A DNA stretch of 64,000 bases from a virus. The notes beneath the pieces are model-generated. The model was given only the letters and a program-made list of their open reading frames with translations. It ran no database searches and was not told the origin of the DNA. Both the position numbers and the translations under genes were made by a program. This document shows positions 62,221 through 64,000 of the stretch, piece by piece; positions within the stretch are counted from its first letter, which is position 1; every line of letters begins with the position of its first letter. Location: the IMG/VR virus record IMGVR_UViG_3300028025_000090, one strand, 5' to 3'.

Positions 62221-63363
62221 TTAAAAATTTCCAAATCCAATCGCTCTTTCTTGTTGCTTCAAAGGTGAGTCAAATTCTTCAACATTGAAGACATCACACA
62301 GAGCAATTTCATCATCAAAAATATGGCTGATACCGCAATGTTCTCCCAAACGATTGGCATCTTTTACTGAAAGTTTACCAAAATGGTGAGAGATGTGGAG
62401 TCTTCCTTTTCTCAATAAAGCTGAATCAATTGCTTTGATATCAGCATTCATCGTGGCAACCACTTTGATTTTCAGTGAGTCCTTGAGGAAACCATCAGTC
62501 AAGTTCAACAAATTTGTTGTTGCTGAATTTCTATCACCACAAAGAATTTGTTCTGCGTCTTCCACGATCAAAGTGCATCCTTGATTCTGTAACATGAAAG
62601 AAACGAAGCTTGGTTCTGATATAATACTAACCATCGAAGGTGGAACATAGATAACATCATTCTCACATTTCGTGATCATGTTCTTGATGAAGTTCGTCTT
62701 ACCACATCCAGGAGGTCCGTAAAATACCATGAGATTATTTGATTTATCGTCAAAGAATTTCATGATCTTTTCATATGGAAATTCGTCTCCATAATACAAA
62801 GGATACTCCCCGTCTTTAATTTCAATATTATTGAAAGTGGTCTTTTGTTTATACAAACCTTGAGCATTCTGAGCGATCATGTAAAAGTTCTTCTCCGAAT
62901 CGGGAACGAAAAGAACGTTCATATCAATTAACTCCCCTAACAATTGTTCGATAGCATTTTTATTTTTAAGAAGAGGGCAAAATGATATGGAAACAACTCC
63001 GCTTTCCAAGCCAACAAATTCCACATCTTCATCATCCTCTTTATCAATTTTGTTTTCAGGTAAACCGAAATTACAACGAACCATCAAATATAAAAATTCG
63101 TTGAAATAATATCCAGCTTTGAAATCATTGATTTTATATTGATGGGTGACATCAAATTTCCATTTTCTGAAAAGATCATGGATATCATTAAGTCTTCGAG
63201 CATCTACTAGATAATCATCGAGAATAATAGTGTTCAGAGAAATATTTCCAAACTTCTGTTCAAATTCTTGAGGATAGTCAGAAGGATTCTTAAATTCACC
63301 AACTGAATTCACCCAATAGGTTCTCTCCAGTGCTTTTTTGATTGTTTCTTTTAATTTGCTCAT
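62221..63363 (-). CDS. AAA+ ATPase
   Basis: GPPGCGKT, LIVEDAE, LLNLTDG, DSALLRKGRL. Confidence 0.9.
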   Translation of the reverse strand: MSKLKETIKKALERTYWVNSVGEFKNPSDYPQEFEQKFGNISLNTIILDDYLVDARRLNDIHDLFRKWKFDVTHQYKINDFKAGYYFNEFLYLMVRCNFGLPENKIDKEDDEDVEFVGLESGVVSISFCPLLKNKNAIEQLLGELIDMNVLFVPDSEKNFYMIAQNAQGLYKQKTTFNNIEIKDGEYPLYYGDEFPYEKIMKFFDDKSNNLMVFYGPPGCGKTNFIKNMITKCENDVIYVPPSMVSIISEPSFVSFMLQNQGCTLIVEDAEQILCGDRNSATTNLLNLTDGFLKDSLKIKVVATMNADIKAIDSALLRKGRLHISHHFGKLSVKDANRLGEHCGISHIFDDEIALCDVFNVEEFDSPLKQQERAIGFGNF

Positions 63364-63364
63364 A

Positions 63365-64000
63365 TCAGTTAAATCTGTCTAGGAAGAACTTGGGAAGCTT
63401 CTTCTTGTTTCTATTAATAGCATCAAAAATGCTCCCGTCAAGTATATATGTTTCACACCAGTCATCATGGGCGCGAACACTACGACCACAAGCCTGAAGC
63501 AGAGTCTTGAGCATAGCATTACCATACCAATCCTTATCAATTTTCATCAGCTTCTCTACTCGAACATCTTTTGTAGGGAGCCATGGTGCTTTCAGAATGA
63601 TTTGGAAGCGAGACAAATCACCTTTCAAATCCACGCCATATGTCATTGACGGAGATACCAAAATGGTCGGTTCGCTGGACGATTCATGGATTTCCAAAAG
63701 CTGTTCATTATTCACTCCCGCTTCTCTACAAAGCAAACGATCTGATTTTATATTTTCTCGAATATAATCTGCCAAATATTGGGTGTGTGTATGAATGATA
63801 CCCTTTTCATCTTTATGATGTTCCATAATACCTTTGATCTGTTTCACCAAAGTTGGAAGCATGGATTTTAGATTTTGGAAATTTAATTTCTGTTTCGCCA
63901 TGATGTGAATTGGTGACTTCTCTGGATTGAAGTCTGTTCCAATATGGATATATTCATGATCTTTAATACCAAGAGCTTTACAATAAGCATCAGGATCAAT
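63365..64000 (-). CDS. DinG/XPD-like helicase, C-terminal part (5' end outside window)
   Basis: ILVSPSMTYGVDLKGD, KAPW, LLQACGRSVRAHDD; frame open to window edge. Confidence 0.85.
   Translation of the reverse strand: MDPDAYCKALGIKDHEYIHIGTDFNPEKSPIHIMAKQKLNFQNLKSMLPTLVKQIKGIMEHHKDEKGIIHTHTQYLADYIRENIKSDRLLCREAGVNNEQLLEIHESSSEPTILVSPSMTYGVDLKGDLSRFQIILKAPWLPTKDVRVEKLMKIDKDWYGNAMLKTLLQACGRSVRAHDDWCETYILDGSIFDAINRNKKKLPKFFLDRFN

Noticed and set aside
160-64000. Stop-codon reassignment
   Set aside because: Conserved genes are intact in code 11, and TAA, TAG and TGA all end genes at cassette boundaries
1-64000. Specific host assignment
   Set aside because: Leaderless promoters and lack of Shine-Dalgarno sites narrow the options, but the sequence alone does not identify a phylum

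Overview
Fragment of a large AT-rich T4-like (gp23/gp20/gp13/gp15-type) myovirus genome, standard genetic code, in three parts. (1) 0.1-25.0 kb: a co-oriented array of about 80 mostly tiny cassettes. Nearly all begin with the same element, TTAAAAACTA-RNN-TAnnnT-N5-9-ATG, which looks like a promoter for a (near-)leaderless mRNA and often supplies the stop codon of the gene before it. The array holds seven paralogues of a 21-aa-repeat protein, acidic DNA-mimic-like proteins, non-coding cassettes, a tRNA, a D-armless tRNA-like RNA and a homing endonuclease. It shows direct-repeat footprints of cassette insertion and a GC gradient, and ends in a terminator plus palindromic copies of the motif. (2) 25-39 kb: membrane proteins, a 10-tRNA cluster with an HNH endonuclease, CCA-adding enzyme, ThyX, lysis genes and ClpP. 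Inside the tRNA cluster is a 20-codon leader ORF plus terminator/antiterminator. Its first 14 codons after Met use exactly the eight amino acids whose tRNAs lie downstream, so it is a candidate multi-tRNA-sensing attenuator. (3) 39.5-64 kb: NrdB/NrdA and the head, neck, baseplate and fibre morphogenesis block, many genes preceded by TAAATA-N5/6-ATG late-type promoters. All calls come from motif recognition by eye; no database searches were run and counts are manual.
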